A program made the position numbers and the translations under genes. The notes beneath the pieces are model-generated. The model searched no databases. It had not been told where the DNA came from and saw nothing but the letters and a program-made list of their open reading frames with translations. 64,000 nucleotides of DNA from Pseudomonadota bacterium (GTDB taxonomy: Bacteria; Bdellovibrionota_B; Oligoflexia; Oligoflexales; CAIYRB01), in NCBI GenBank assembly GCA_031416315.1, contig JANOTL010000159.1, positions 9,523 to 73,522 on the forward strand, given 5' to 3'. Of the stretch, positions 9,329 through 18,996 are shown piece after piece (the first letter of the stretch is position 1; each line of letters opens with the position of its first letter).

Positions 9329-10687
9329 CTACGCCACCTGTTTCCTCGAAATGACCACCAAAGTCTTGTCGTCATGATCCGGCAAATCCCGGATCGCTTG
9401 CTCCCCGAACGCGTCCAGATCCGCCGCCAGCTGCAGCAAACCGCGCCGCTTGTGCATCAGCGTATCGAAGACCCCGTCCGAGCCGATCATGATCCGTAGG
9501 TCCCCGCCCAAGGGCAGGCTCGCGACCGTCGGCCGCAGCTCCATCTCCGCATCCAAGCCCATGACGCTCCCGTGCCCGAACACTTGCTTCGCCTTCATCT
9601 CGCCTTCTCCATCGCGCCAGACGAGCACGGCCGGGCAATGCCCCGCGCTCCAATACGTCAACTGGTCTGTGGTCAGGACCGCGATCCCCATCGTCAGCGT
9701 GTGCCGCGTCCGCTCGCCCAAGCGCACGAGCGCCTTATTCACGATGCTCATCCACCTCTGCGGATCGAACCCCGGAATGTCGAGCGACTCCATCCACAGC
9801 GACTGCACTGCGTGGACGATCAAGGCCGCCTGCATGCCTTTGCCCGTCACGTCGAGCACCATGACGATCATCGTCTCCGAGTCGACGTGCCGCAGCGCGA
9901 ACCAGTCGCCGCCGACGCGGTCGTGGGCGAGCAGGTGGCAGCTCACTTCGAAGACGTCGCGAAACGAGCTATGCGCAGGCGGCAAGCTGGACGACTGGAT
10001 TTCGCGTGCCAGTTCCAGCTCGCGCTCGAGCTTTGAGGTCGCGGCGCGTATGAGGAGCTCGCGGTTCTCCAGCTCTAGCTTGACCTCACGCTCGATGCGG
10101 CGCGTTTGCATCTGCGACAAGAAGGTCGCGCACGAATACCCGAGCAGCGTGTAAAGCATCCACGCGGCCGGGTCGGGATGGAGATGATACGCGTACAAGG
10201 CAAAGACGGAGTAGATCCCCGCGCCGACGAAGCGCAAGATCCCGCTTACCGGCGTGACGAACTGCAGGCAAACCGAGACGACCAAGTAAGAGCACGACCA
10301 CACCAGGAAGTCGTAGGCGCCGCCTTCCGGAATCCGCAGCCCGCCCGGGGCTGTCGGATCGACGAGCAGAGTCATCGTCGTCGCGGTCGAGTAAGCGACG
10401 TACCACGCGAAGGACAGCTCGAACGCGAACGCCGTCAGGATCACGGGCAGCTTCTCGCGCACTCCGTTGATGCGGGTCGCCAGGACCAAAAGCAAGCTCA
10501 GCGAGCCCCAGATCAAATTTCCCGTGCGCGCCAGCTCCACCGCGCCCGGCAAGGCCAGGCGCCCGTTCAAGAAGTACATGGCCGCGTGATACGGCAAGCT
10601 GAGGTAGATCAAAGCCATGGCTAGCGTCTTCCCGTTGCGGGTCAGACGCTCGAGGGTCGCGGCGCGGATCTCTGGCTCGGTGCTCAT
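9329..10687 (-). CDS. Membrane-bound PP2C/SpoIIE-type Ser/Thr phosphatase
   Basis: Multiple N-terminal TM segments; ELELAREIQ, VGGDWF, DVTGKG, SAGH, SDGV, DDKT. Confidence 0.88.
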   Translation of the reverse strand: MSTEPEIRAATLERLTRNGKTLAMALIYLSLPYHAAMYFLNGRLALPGAVELARTGNLIWGSLSLLLVLATRINGVREKLPVILTAFAFELSFAWYVAYSTATTMTLLVDPTAPGGLRIPEGGAYDFLVWSCSYLVVSVCLQFVTPVSGILRFVGAGIYSVFALYAYHLHPDPAAWMLYTLLGYSCATFLSQMQTRRIEREVKLELENRELLIRAATSKLERELELAREIQSSSLPPAHSSFRDVFEVSCHLLAHDRVGGDWFALRHVDSETMIVMVLDVTGKGMQAALIVHAVQSLWMESLDIPGFDPQRWMSIVNKALVRLGERTRHTLTMGIAVLTTDQLTYWSAGHCPAVLVWRDGEGEMKAKQVFGHGSVMGLDAEMELRPTVASLPLGGDLRIMIGSDGVFDTLMHKRRGLLQLAADLDAFGEQAIRDLPDHDDKTLVVISRKQVA

Positions 10688-11006
10688 CAGTAACGATGTC
10701 GACCGATTGCCCCTAGACGCTGAGTCCCGGCGGACGCCTAGCCCCCAGGACCGCGACTTTTCCCGCTGAATTCGTCAGCTTCCACCGATGCGGCGGCGGC
10801 GGAAACGTGCCGGAATTCTGCGCGACGCCCCGCGCCGTCAGCGCGACCTTAGGCCTTTCGCCGAGGCGGTTCCCGGCGCTGGCGACGGCGCCCGTAGATC
10901 CGAGCTCATGAGCTGCCGGGCGAGCTTGCCGACCGACCTCCGGGGATCCGCCTTGAACGTGGGGATTTGCCTGTGGGATGATGCTGGCACCTTTCCGGAG
11001 TACGCA

Positions 11007-13970
11007 ATGAGCTTTCGCGTCGCCGTCGTGCGGCCGCACACGCCTCTCGTCTCCGAGACGTTCTTCTTGGCGAGCGCCGCGCATCTGCCGTTTGCGGTGA
11101 CCGTGCTCGAAGGCGATCCGCCGTATCTCGCCGGCACGCCGCGCACCGTGCCGTATGAGCTCGCCGTGCGTCTGGAGACGCATTTTCGCTCGCGCTTTCT
11201 CACCTCGCGCTTCGCGATGAGCGCCGAGCTCCTTCGCAAGCGCCTCTATTTGCGCGCCTTTCGCCGCCACTCAATCGACGTCGTGCTCGCGGAATACGGC
11301 ACGACCGCGGTCGACGTGCTGCCGGCGTGCAAGGCGGCAGGGCTTCCGCTCGTCCCAATTTTTCATGGTTGCGACGCGACGATGACGGAGTTCGTCGAGC
11401 GCTTTCGCGAGCGCTACCGAGAGCTCTTTGACTACGCCGCCTCGATCGTCGTCGTCTCCGAGCATCTCCGCCAGAGGCTCCTCGCGCTCGGCGCGCCGGC
11501 CGGAAAACTCGTCGTCTGCCGCATGACCGCCGTCGATCCGGCGCAATTTTCGGGCGGCGCGCCGGAGCTCGCGCCGAGGACCGTCTGCGCGGTCGGCCGC
11601 TTCGTCGAGAAAAAAGCGCCGCAGCTGACGATCCTGGCCTTCGCGAAGGCGCAGGCCGAGGTGCCCGACGCGAAGCTCCGCATGATCGGCGATGGACCGC
11701 TGCTCGGCGCGTGCAAGAGCCTCGTGCAAGCCATGCATCTCGAGCACGCGGTCACCTTCCTCAACGCCCAGCCCCACGCTGTTGTGCAGCAGGAGCTGAG
11801 CCGCGCGCGTTGTTTCGTGCAACACTCCGTCACCGCCAAGACCGGCGACGCGGAAGGCACCCCCATGGGTCCGATCGAGGCGGCCGCGACCGGCCTTCCC
11901 GTCGTCGCCACCCGACATTCGGGCATCGGCGAGATCTTTCGCGACGGCGAGCATGGCTACCTCGTTGCCGAGCACGACGTCGACGCGATGGCCGCCCGCC
12001 TCGTCACCTTGCTACTGGATGCCGATCTTGCGGGGGCTCTCGGGCGTCAGGCACGCGCGCACGTCGTCGCGCATCATTCGCTGACGCACTGCATCGCGAC
12101 GCTGGCCGAGGTCCTCCGTCGCGCCGTCGACGCCTCGGAGCTCGAGCCTCGCCGCGCGGACGCGCACATTTGCTGGTTTTTGCAGACCTGCGGCGACGCC
12201 TCGTTGCTACGCGAGGCCCTTCGCCGTCTCCGCAAGGTCGCGCCGCGCGACACCGTCCTCGTCGTCTCCGACGGCGACGACGATCCGTGCCTTCCCGCGC
12301 TCTGCGCCGCCGCCGGCGCCCGGTTCGTCCGCGGCAAGCGCCTCTTCGGCGTCGAGAGCGGCGGCCTCGTCGTCGAGCGTATGCTCGACCTTTTCCTTGC
12401 GACCGACGCCGAGCACCTCATCAAGATCGACCCCGACACCGACGTGCGCCGCGTCTTTCGCCGCTTGCCGCGCCGCGACCGAGCCCTCGTCGCGGGAACC
12501 CTGCAGGCCACCGGCACAGTCGAGACGCGCCTCGTCTCCGTTCAGGGCGGGGCGATCCTGATGACGCGCCTCGCGGCGCAACGGTTCAAGGACTCGGGCC
12601 TCTTCTGCCGGACGGAGCTGAAGCCGCCGCAAATTGCCTGGGCCGTGTCCGATTCGACCTGCGAGCGCGCCACCTCGGGCCTCACCAGCTTCGACTGGAC
12701 GATCGGCTGGGCCGCCCGCCGGCTCGGCATCCAGATGCTCGCGCATCCCGAGATTCACAGCGTTTGGAAGCCGTCCTTTCTCGACCATCTCGTCGCCCGC
12801 GGCGCCGCCGTCAGCCATCCTCGCCTCAGCTGGGGTCGTGCCGGGCGCGACCGCCGCGGCGTTCGCTCGCTCCTCCGCGCGCCGCAATCTTGGCCCTCGA
12901 TCTTGAAGCGGCCCCGCGTGATGTTCGCGTACGTTCGTTGCCTCGAAGCGCTATGGCGCGCCAAGCGCGTCTTGAAACGTACCCCGACGCCCGCGGGCGA
13001 CCGTCCCTGGCACCTCTACGACGCGACCCTCCGCCGCGCGTTGACCGCCGGCGAAACGCGCCACGTCTTCGGCCCGACGCGCGTGCCCGCCGATCCGCGC
13101 GAAGCCGTCGTCCTCTGCTCGGTCCGCGACGGCGAGAACCACATCGACGCCTTCGTCGACCACTACACGCGCCTCGGCGTAAAGCACCTCTTCTTCCTCG
13201 ACAACGGCTCGACCGACGCCACCGTCGCGCGTTTGCGCGCCCATTCGCATACGACCGTTTGGGAGTCGAGACTGCCGTTCTCGGCTTGCCGCGAGGCCTT
13301 CAAGGATTTCCTGGTCCAAGGACCCGGACGCGGGCATTGGTGCATTTTGGCCGACGTCGACGAGCATTTGCTTCTGCCGCCCGGCGCGACCTTGCCGCAG
13401 GTTCTGAGCCACCTGCGTCGCCACGACCACACCGCGGTCGTGACGCAAATGCTCGACATGTTCGCCGACGCGCCGTTCGCGGCGCTCGTTCCGGAAGCCG
13501 GGTGGACAGCCGCGCAGCTCGCCGGGCGCTACCGGTTCTACGACGTCTCCGACATTCGCAAGCTCGACTTTCCGTGGCACGAGCATCGCCTCGCCAATTC
13601 CGCCATCCGTTTCCACGTCGGCGGCGTCCGCGCGCGCCACCTCGGCACTCCCGGCGTCTGGCTCACGAAGGAGTCGCTCTTCTTCGCCGAGGACTGCGCC
13701 GTTGCCCACGCGCATCGCCTCGACCGCGCCCGCCTCGCCGACTTCAGCCTGCCGCTATTGCACTACAAGTTCACGGCCGCGTTTCCAGCGCAGATCGAGC
13801 GCGCCGTCGTCGAGAAGAACTACGCGCAGCAAAGCGCGGAGTACAGGCGCTACCGCGAAGCGCTCGCGAGCTCGCCCGGCCTCTCGCTGAGACGGCCGAC
13901 GGCGGCGGTTCTCGACGACCCTGCCCGCCTTTGGCGCGAGGGTTTCGTGGTTGGCGCGATCGACCCGTAG
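11007..13970 (+). CDS. Multidomain glycosyltransferase (GT4 + two GT-A/GT2-like domains)
   Basis: GT4 motifs VGRFVEKK and EGTPMGPIEAAATGLPVVATRHSG; middle domain with KIDPD; C-terminal domain with VRDGE..FLDNGSTD..ADVDE; GGAG RBS before ATG 11007. Confidence 0.85.
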   Translation: MSFRVAVVRPHTPLVSETFFLASAAHLPFAVTVLEGDPPYLAGTPRTVPYELAVRLETHFRSRFLTSRFAMSAELLRKRLYLRAFRRHSIDVVLAEYGTTAVDVLPACKAAGLPLVPIFHGCDATMTEFVERFRERYRELFDYAASIVVVSEHLRQRLLALGAPAGKLVVCRMTAVDPAQFSGGAPELAPRTVCAVGRFVEKKAPQLTILAFAKAQAEVPDAKLRMIGDGPLLGACKSLVQAMHLEHAVTFLNAQPHAVVQQELSRARCFVQHSVTAKTGDAEGTPMGPIEAAATGLPVVATRHSGIGEIFRDGEHGYLVAEHDVDAMAARLVTLLLDADLAGALGRQARAHVVAHHSLTHCIATLAEVLRRAVDASELEPRRADAHICWFLQTCGDASLLREALRRLRKVAPRDTVLVVSDGDDDPCLPALCAAAGARFVRGKRLFGVESGGLVVERMLDLFLATDAEHLIKIDPDTDVRRVFRRLPRRDRALVAGTLQATGTVETRLVSVQGGAILMTRLAAQRFKDSGLFCRTELKPPQIAWAVSDSTCERATSGLTSFDWTIGWAARRLGIQMLAHPEIHSVWKPSFLDHLVARGAAVSHPRLSWGRAGRDRRGVRSLLRAPQSWPSILKRPRVMFAYVRCLEALWRAKRVLKRTPTPAGDRPWHLYDATLRRALTAGETRHVFGPTRVPADPREAVVLCSVRDGENHIDAFVDHYTRLGVKHLFFLDNGSTDATVARLRAHSHTTVWESRLPFSACREAFKDFLVQGPGRGHWCILADVDEHLLLPPGATLPQVLSHLRRHDHTAVVTQMLDMFADAPFAALVPEAGWTAAQLAGRYRFYDVSDIRKLDFPWHEHRLANSAIRFHVGGVRARHLGTPGVWLTKESLFFAEDCAVAHAHRLDRARLADFSLPLLHYKFTAAFPAQIERAVVEKNYAQQSAEYRRYREALASSPGLSLRRPTAAVLDDPARLWREGFVVGAIDP

Positions 13971-14067
13971 TTTCCGGGGCTTACGTCGGAATTGCGATGC
14001 CGCTGGCGTGCCTGGTGCGACGCAGCTAAAACAGGTCATTAGCCAGCATCACGCCAAGGATCCGCCC

Positions 14068-16713
14068 ATGATTGCGTCCTTCATTCGCACGCTCCTCCCC
14101 GGAACTTGTCTCGCGCTCGGCGTGACCACCGCCGGAGGTGCCGCCCCGCTCGACACGCGCTCCCTCTTCGACCCGAAGGCGGACGGGCCGATCCATGCCT
14201 CGTTGAGCCGCGGCTTGGACCAAAGCGCCAACAAGGACCTGCACGCTCGACCGCGTACCTTCGACGTCGTCCACTACGACCTCCACGTCGAAGTCGACCC
14301 GGCGCTCGGCGCCATCCACGGCTCGATGCGGGTGCAGCTGACGGCGCTGGTGCGTCAGCTCGCCACCGTCGAATTGGACGCCCTCGACTTCCAGATTGAC
14401 GGCGTCGCCGCGCTCGACGGCTCGCCGCTTGCCTACAGGTACGACGGCAAGCTCCTCGTCGTGACCCTCCCGGCGCTTCTGCCGGCCGGTGAGACCACCG
14501 CCTTCCGCGTCGTCTACCGCGCGCTCACGCCGGAAGGCCTCGAGATCGCCGGTCCTGACGCGACCGACCCGACGCGCATGCCGGCCGCCTACACCTTCAC
14601 CGAGCCGGACGGGAGCAAGACCTGGTTCCCATGCGTCGACCGGCCGGACGAAAAGGCGACGGTTGAGATGACCATCACGGTGCCGCGCGGCCACAAGGCT
14701 TTGAGCAACGGCGACCCGCTACGTCCGTTCGGCGTCCCGACGCCGGGCCTTCTCGGCGACGTGTTCGCGTACCGCATGGAGCAGGAGATCGCTCCCTACT
14801 TGATGAGCCTCGCCGTCGGACCTTATGAAGTCCTGAGCCTCGGCAGCTACGAAGGCAAACCACTGACCGTGTGGACCCCGGCCACCCTCGTCGAGGCCGC
14901 CATGATCGAGACCGAAGGCACGAAAGAGATGCTCGCCGCGTTCGCCGACTTCACCGGCCTCGTCTATCCGTTCAACTCCTACAGCCAGTCGGTCGCGCAG
15001 GCCTACGGCACCTCGATGGAGCATCAGACTGCGACGACGATGGGCGGCAACCGCATCCGCGGCGACAAAAGCGGCGAAGGCGTCGTCGCCCATGAGCTCG
15101 CGCACCAATGGTTCGGCGACTGGGTCACCTGCCGCACCTGGGGCGAGCTCTGGTTGAACGAAGGCTTCGCCACCTACCTTCCGATGATCTACTTCCAGTC
15201 GATCGGAGCCGCGACGCGCGCCGTCGGTGAGCTCGACTGGTGGCGCGCCGGCTACTTCGAGGAAGCGGCGGAACGCGCCCACGCCTTGTCGGAGGCGAAT
15301 CCCGACGAAAACCTCTTCGACTCGCACGCCTACGAAAAGGGCGGAATCGTCGTCCACTTGATGCGCCACGTCGCCAACGACATGCCGTCCGGCCCCGACA
15401 CGTTCAAGCGCGCGCTCTCGCTTTACCTCGCGAGCCGCGGCCGCGGCAACGCGACCAGCCAAGATCTGCAAGCGGCCTTGGAAGAAGCGTCCGGTCAAAG
15501 CTGGCAGGACTTCTTCGACCAGTTCGTGCGCTCGCCTGGCCATCCTGTGCTGAAGGCGACCGCGCGCTACGAAGAGGGCGCGCTCGTCCTCGACGTCGAG
15601 CAGACGCAGTTCACTCGCACCGAGCGCCCCTGGCGCCTCTTCACCTTCCCGATGGAGGTCGAGCTCGTCGATGCCGCCGGTCACGTCACCACGCAAACCG
15701 TCTCCGTCTACGACGCGCGCCAGACTTTCCGCTTCCCGTCGAATGCCGCGCCGCAAAGCCTGATGCTCGACCCGCGTTGGCTCGTCCCCGCGCAGATCAC
15801 ATTGGACCAGACGGCTCTGGGCAGCCCTCTCCCGACGCTCGCGCACTCGCCTGAGGTGACCAGCCGCGTCAGTGCCATCCGGGCCCTCGCGGCCCAGGAC
15901 GGCACGCTCTCCGATGAGGCGATCGCCCTCGTTCGCGCCGACACGTCCCTCTTCGTGAAGATCGCCGCTCTCGATCTCTTGAGCGGCAACGAGGCCAATC
16001 GCGAGCAAGTCCTCATCCTTTACCGTGACCTCAGCAACGCGATGCTGCCCTCCGCTCGCGCGACGCTCGCAAGCAAGTCCTCCGCCCGCGATGCAGACGC
16101 CGACGCCGACGCGTCGGCAGTCGTCGTCCGCGGCGCCGTCGCCCGCGCCGAAGCGTGGCTCATCCGCACCTTGGGCCGCGCCCCGACCCGCGACGAGGAG
16201 TCCCACTGGCAGCGTCGTTACCTTTCCAGCAATCTCGTCGAAGAGCGCGTCTCGCTCCTCGGCATGCTCGACCAAGCCTCCCACGAGCGCGCGCAGCAGT
16301 TCGCCCTCGACCGCCTCGTCGAGCCCCGCTGGGTCACCAAGGACCGCAACGCGCTCATCGACGTCTTGACCAAGCTGCCCACCGCCGTTTCCCTCCCGTG
16401 GATCCAGGAAGCGCTCGCCGGCGCTACGGCCAACTACCTCCGCCAAATCCTGCGCAACCTCGCGGCGGCGAAGTACGACGAGCCTGCCCTCGTCGACCTT
16501 CTCGTGCAAACGGCGAGCTCGCACCGCCAGACCGACGTTCGCCTCAAAGCGATCGCCGTCCTCGCCGCGCAGGTCTCGAGCAAAGAGCGCGTGTGCGTCG
16601 ACCTCGCGCTCCTCGCGACCCCGGCCTCGGGCGACCCGATCTCAGGCTCGCTCGACTGGGTCCGCGAAGGCGCGGGCGCGGCTCGCCTCGAGCTCTGCGC
16701 GAAGGCCCCGTAA
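14068..16713 (+). CDS. Secreted M1-family aminopeptidase with C-terminal HEAT-like region
   Basis: HELAHQWFG-x-WLNEGFA zinc motif, YEKG, WFPC; signal peptide. Confidence 0.9.
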   Translation: MIASFIRTLLPGTCLALGVTTAGGAAPLDTRSLFDPKADGPIHASLSRGLDQSANKDLHARPRTFDVVHYDLHVEVDPALGAIHGSMRVQLTALVRQLATVELDALDFQIDGVAALDGSPLAYRYDGKLLVVTLPALLPAGETTAFRVVYRALTPEGLEIAGPDATDPTRMPAAYTFTEPDGSKTWFPCVDRPDEKATVEMTITVPRGHKALSNGDPLRPFGVPTPGLLGDVFAYRMEQEIAPYLMSLAVGPYEVLSLGSYEGKPLTVWTPATLVEAAMIETEGTKEMLAAFADFTGLVYPFNSYSQSVAQAYGTSMEHQTATTMGGNRIRGDKSGEGVVAHELAHQWFGDWVTCRTWGELWLNEGFATYLPMIYFQSIGAATRAVGELDWWRAGYFEEAAERAHALSEANPDENLFDSHAYEKGGIVVHLMRHVANDMPSGPDTFKRALSLYLASRGRGNATSQDLQAALEEASGQSWQDFFDQFVRSPGHPVLKATARYEEGALVLDVEQTQFTRTERPWRLFTFPMEVELVDAAGHVTTQTVSVYDARQTFRFPSNAAPQSLMLDPRWLVPAQITLDQTALGSPLPTLAHSPEVTSRVSAIRALAAQDGTLSDEAIALVRADTSLFVKIAALDLLSGNEANREQVLILYRDLSNAMLPSARATLASKSSARDADADADASAVVVRGAVARAEAWLIRTLGRAPTRDEESHWQRRYLSSNLVEERVSLLGMLDQASHERAQQFALDRLVEPRWVTKDRNALIDVLTKLPTAVSLPWIQEALAGATANYLRQILRNLAAAKYDEPALVDLLVQTASSHRQTDVRLKAIAVLAAQVSSKERVCVDLALLATPASGDPISGSLDWVREGAGAARLELCAKAP

Positions 16714-16717
16714 GACC

Positions 16718-17086
16718 GTGAGCCAGTCCATAGCCGAGCTCGAAGTCCTGCAAGCCCAGATCCGCGCCTTCGTGAAGGCGCGGGACTGGGACCAGTTCCA
16801 CACGCCGAAGAACTTGGCCATGGCCCTCGCGGGGGAAGCCGGGGAGCTCATGGAGCTCTTCCAATGGCTCACTCCCGCGGAGTCGAGCCAGGTCATGCAG
16901 GACGCGAAGCAGGCAGAAGCCATCCGCGACGAGCTCGCCGACGTTTTCGTGTACACGCTCCGCGTCTGCGACGTGCTCGGCGTCGACCTGAAGGCGGCCG
17001 TTCAGGCTAAGATGCAGAAGAACGCCGCAAAGTATCCAGAAGACCTGGCCCGCGGCAACGCCACGAAGTATGACCAGCTCAAATGA
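16718..17086 (+). CDS. MazG-like nucleotide pyrophosphohydrolase
   Basis: RDWDQFHTPKNLAMALAGEAGELMELFQW...DELADV. Confidence 0.9.
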   Translation: MSQSIAELEVLQAQIRAFVKARDWDQFHTPKNLAMALAGEAGELMELFQWLTPAESSQVMQDAKQAEAIRDELADVFVYTLRVCDVLGVDLKAAVQAKMQKNAAKYPEDLARGNATKYDQLK

Positions 17087-17892
17087 CCTCGACTCCCGCG
17101 ATCATCCTGATTACCGGCGCCTCCGAAGGGATCGGCCGCGCCCTCGCCCTGCGCTACGCCAAAGAAGGCGCCCGGCTCGGCATCGCGGCGCGCAACGCCG
17201 TGCGCCTCGACGAGCTCGCGAAGGAGATCGTCGCCCTCGGCGCCCCGGCGCCCGCCGTCTTCGCCGGCGACCTCGCGCGTGAAGTGGACTGCAAGCAAGC
17301 TGTTGAGCTCACCGTGCAGAAATTCGGGGGCCTCGACACGCTGGTCAACAACGCCGGCATCACCATGTGGGCGACCTTCGAGGAGACCACCGACCCCGGG
17401 CTGATCGCCAAGGTGATGGAGGTCAACTACTACTCAGTAGCCTACTGCACCCTGCACGCGTTGCCGCATTTGAAGAAGTCGCGCGGCCGAATCGTCGCCG
17501 TCTCCAGCCTGGCGGGCGTCATTGGCGTGCCGGGTCACGCGATCTACGGTGCAAGTAAGCACGCCATCCACGGCTTCATCAACTCGCTTCGAATCGAGCT
17601 GGAACCCGCCGGCGTCAGCTGCACCATTGTGGCGCCCGACTTCGTCGTCACCGAGATCCACAACCGCGGTCTCCGAGGCGACGGCAAAGCGATGCAAAAG
17701 CGTCTCGACCCGAAGAAGTTCATGTCGGCCGACACCTGCGCCGGACTGATGAAGGACGCTATCGAGCGCCGCGTCCGGCTGCTGATGACCTCGCCGCGCG
17801 GCCGACTGGCCGCGACGATGCGCGACCTCATCCCCGGCGCGATTCTCGACAAGATCGCGGCCCGCGGCGCCAAAAAGGGTGCGTTGCACTGA
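17083..17892 (+). CDS. SDR-family oxidoreductase
   Basis: TGASEGIG, NNAG, YGASK. Confidence 0.92.
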   Translation: MTSTPAIILITGASEGIGRALALRYAKEGARLGIAARNAVRLDELAKEIVALGAPAPAVFAGDLAREVDCKQAVELTVQKFGGLDTLVNNAGITMWATFEETTDPGLIAKVMEVNYYSVAYCTLHALPHLKKSRGRIVAVSSLAGVIGVPGHAIYGASKHAIHGFINSLRIELEPAGVSCTIVAPDFVVTEIHNRGLRGDGKAMQKRLDPKKFMSADTCAGLMKDAIERRVRLLMTSPRGRLAATMRDLIPGAILDKIAARGAKKGALH

Positions 17893-17965
17893 GCCGCGCC
17901 GGCTTCTTCATCCTCCTGAATTGACCAGGGAATCGCCGGGCCTTCACGGTCCCGCCAACTTTTGC

Positions 17966-17992
17966 TCAAGTTCGTGCCGGCGGCGCCGATAT
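17966..17992 (+). promoter_or_regulatory. sigma28 (FliA)-type promoter
   Basis: TCAA-N15-GCCGATAT upstream of the lipoprotein at 18027. Confidence 0.65.
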
Positions 17993-18026
17993 GAAGGGGA
18001 ATCGACGTCACTCCCGGGGTTACACT

Positions 18027-18911
18027 ATGCAGCTTGCGCGCATCATCGCAGTTTGTCTCGCCGCGACCCTGCCGCTCGGCGGCGTCGCCTGCAACAGCGG
18101 CGAGTTCGCCGGCTCCGGCGCCAAAACTGAGACCAAAAAAGCCGCGGCGAAGAAGGACTCTCCGGACACCGAAAAGCCGCAGGACAAAGGCAAGCCCGAG
18201 AAGCCGGAAAAAGAGAAGCCGAGCAAGGACAAGCCGAAAGAGAAGCCGGACAAGAAGCCGGTTGATCCGGGCGACGAGGGCGACGGCGCGCCGCTGGACG
18301 ACAAGACTCCCGACGAGCCGCTCTTCAAGGACCTGACCGACAACGCCCCCGCGGGACCCGGCGAGGACACCGACACGTCGAACGGCCAGCCCTTCATCGA
18401 CCTTCTCGGCGGCCTCCTGAGTGGCCCGGGCATCGACTCCGGCGACCTCGGCACGCAGCCGAACGACAACGAGATCATCTTCGGCGATACCAAGACTTTC
18501 CACTTGGGCGACGGCCAGATGACGCAGAGCTCCTGCATCGAGGGCATCTCGCCCTATCCGGTCGCCGGCAAGCAGTACCTCTTCGAGTTCGAGGTCTTGG
18601 GCGACGGCGCCGTCTCGGTCAACATCGGCACGGTCTGCGGCGTCGACTACAGCGACACCAACCTCGTCTTCATCGCCCAGAACGGCAGCCCCGTCGGCAC
18701 GCCGACGCCGCTCCCGATCGGCGCCTCCAGCGCCCAGATCCCTTCGACCAACCTGACCAAAGGCAAATACTCCATCGGCGTCGAGTCCCGCATCGGCACC
18801 TCCGACCCGCAAGGCAACCCGAACGACGCCGACGACTACATCTTGGGCAAGGTCAAGATCTCCTCCCAGGGCGCCAAAATCAAAATCGGCAAGGTCTACG
18901 TCAACCCGTAA
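18027..18911 (+). CDS. Hypothetical lipoprotein with Lys/Pro-rich linker
   Basis: Lipobox GVAC; KPEKPEKEKPSKDKP stretch; beta-rich C-terminal domain. Confidence 0.8.
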   Translation: MQLARIIAVCLAATLPLGGVACNSGEFAGSGAKTETKKAAAKKDSPDTEKPQDKGKPEKPEKEKPSKDKPKEKPDKKPVDPGDEGDGAPLDDKTPDEPLFKDLTDNAPAGPGEDTDTSNGQPFIDLLGGLLSGPGIDSGDLGTQPNDNEIIFGDTKTFHLGDGQMTQSSCIEGISPYPVAGKQYLFEFEVLGDGAVSVNIGTVCGVDYSDTNLVFIAQNGSPVGTPTPLPIGASSAQIPSTNLTKGKYSIGVESRIGTSDPQGNPNDADDYILGKVKISSQGAKIKIGKVYVNP

Positions 18912-18920
18912 CCCCTCCCG

Positions 18921-18985
18921 TCGATCCTCGACTTTCGACTCTCGACTCACATGAAGCCGCCTCGCCCCGCGAGGCGGCTTCATGT
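18921..18985. repeat. Four tandem TCGAYYY heptamers followed by a perfect 17-bp hairpin
   Basis: TCGATCC-TCGACTT-TCGACTC-TCGACTC (18921-18948); ACATGAAGCCGCCTCGC-CCC-GCGAGGCGGCTTCATGT (18949-18985). Confidence 0.8.
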
Positions 18986-18996
18986 ATCGTGCCGGC

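Noticed and set aside
10833..10890. Imperfect hairpin upstream of the glycosyltransferase
   Set aside because: Short interrupted GC-rich stems are expected by chance; no recognisable motif
11711..14029. 772-aa alternative-frame ORF, and similar long ORFs at 14719-16524, 19065-20606, 27570-29000 and 60099-61607
   Set aside because: Arg/Pro/Ala-rich or antisense shadows of well-supported genes, expected at high GC
16718..17086. MazG-like gene as a toxin-antitoxin or defence component
   Set aside because: No toxin or defence neighbours; consistent with a house-cleaning pyrophosphatase
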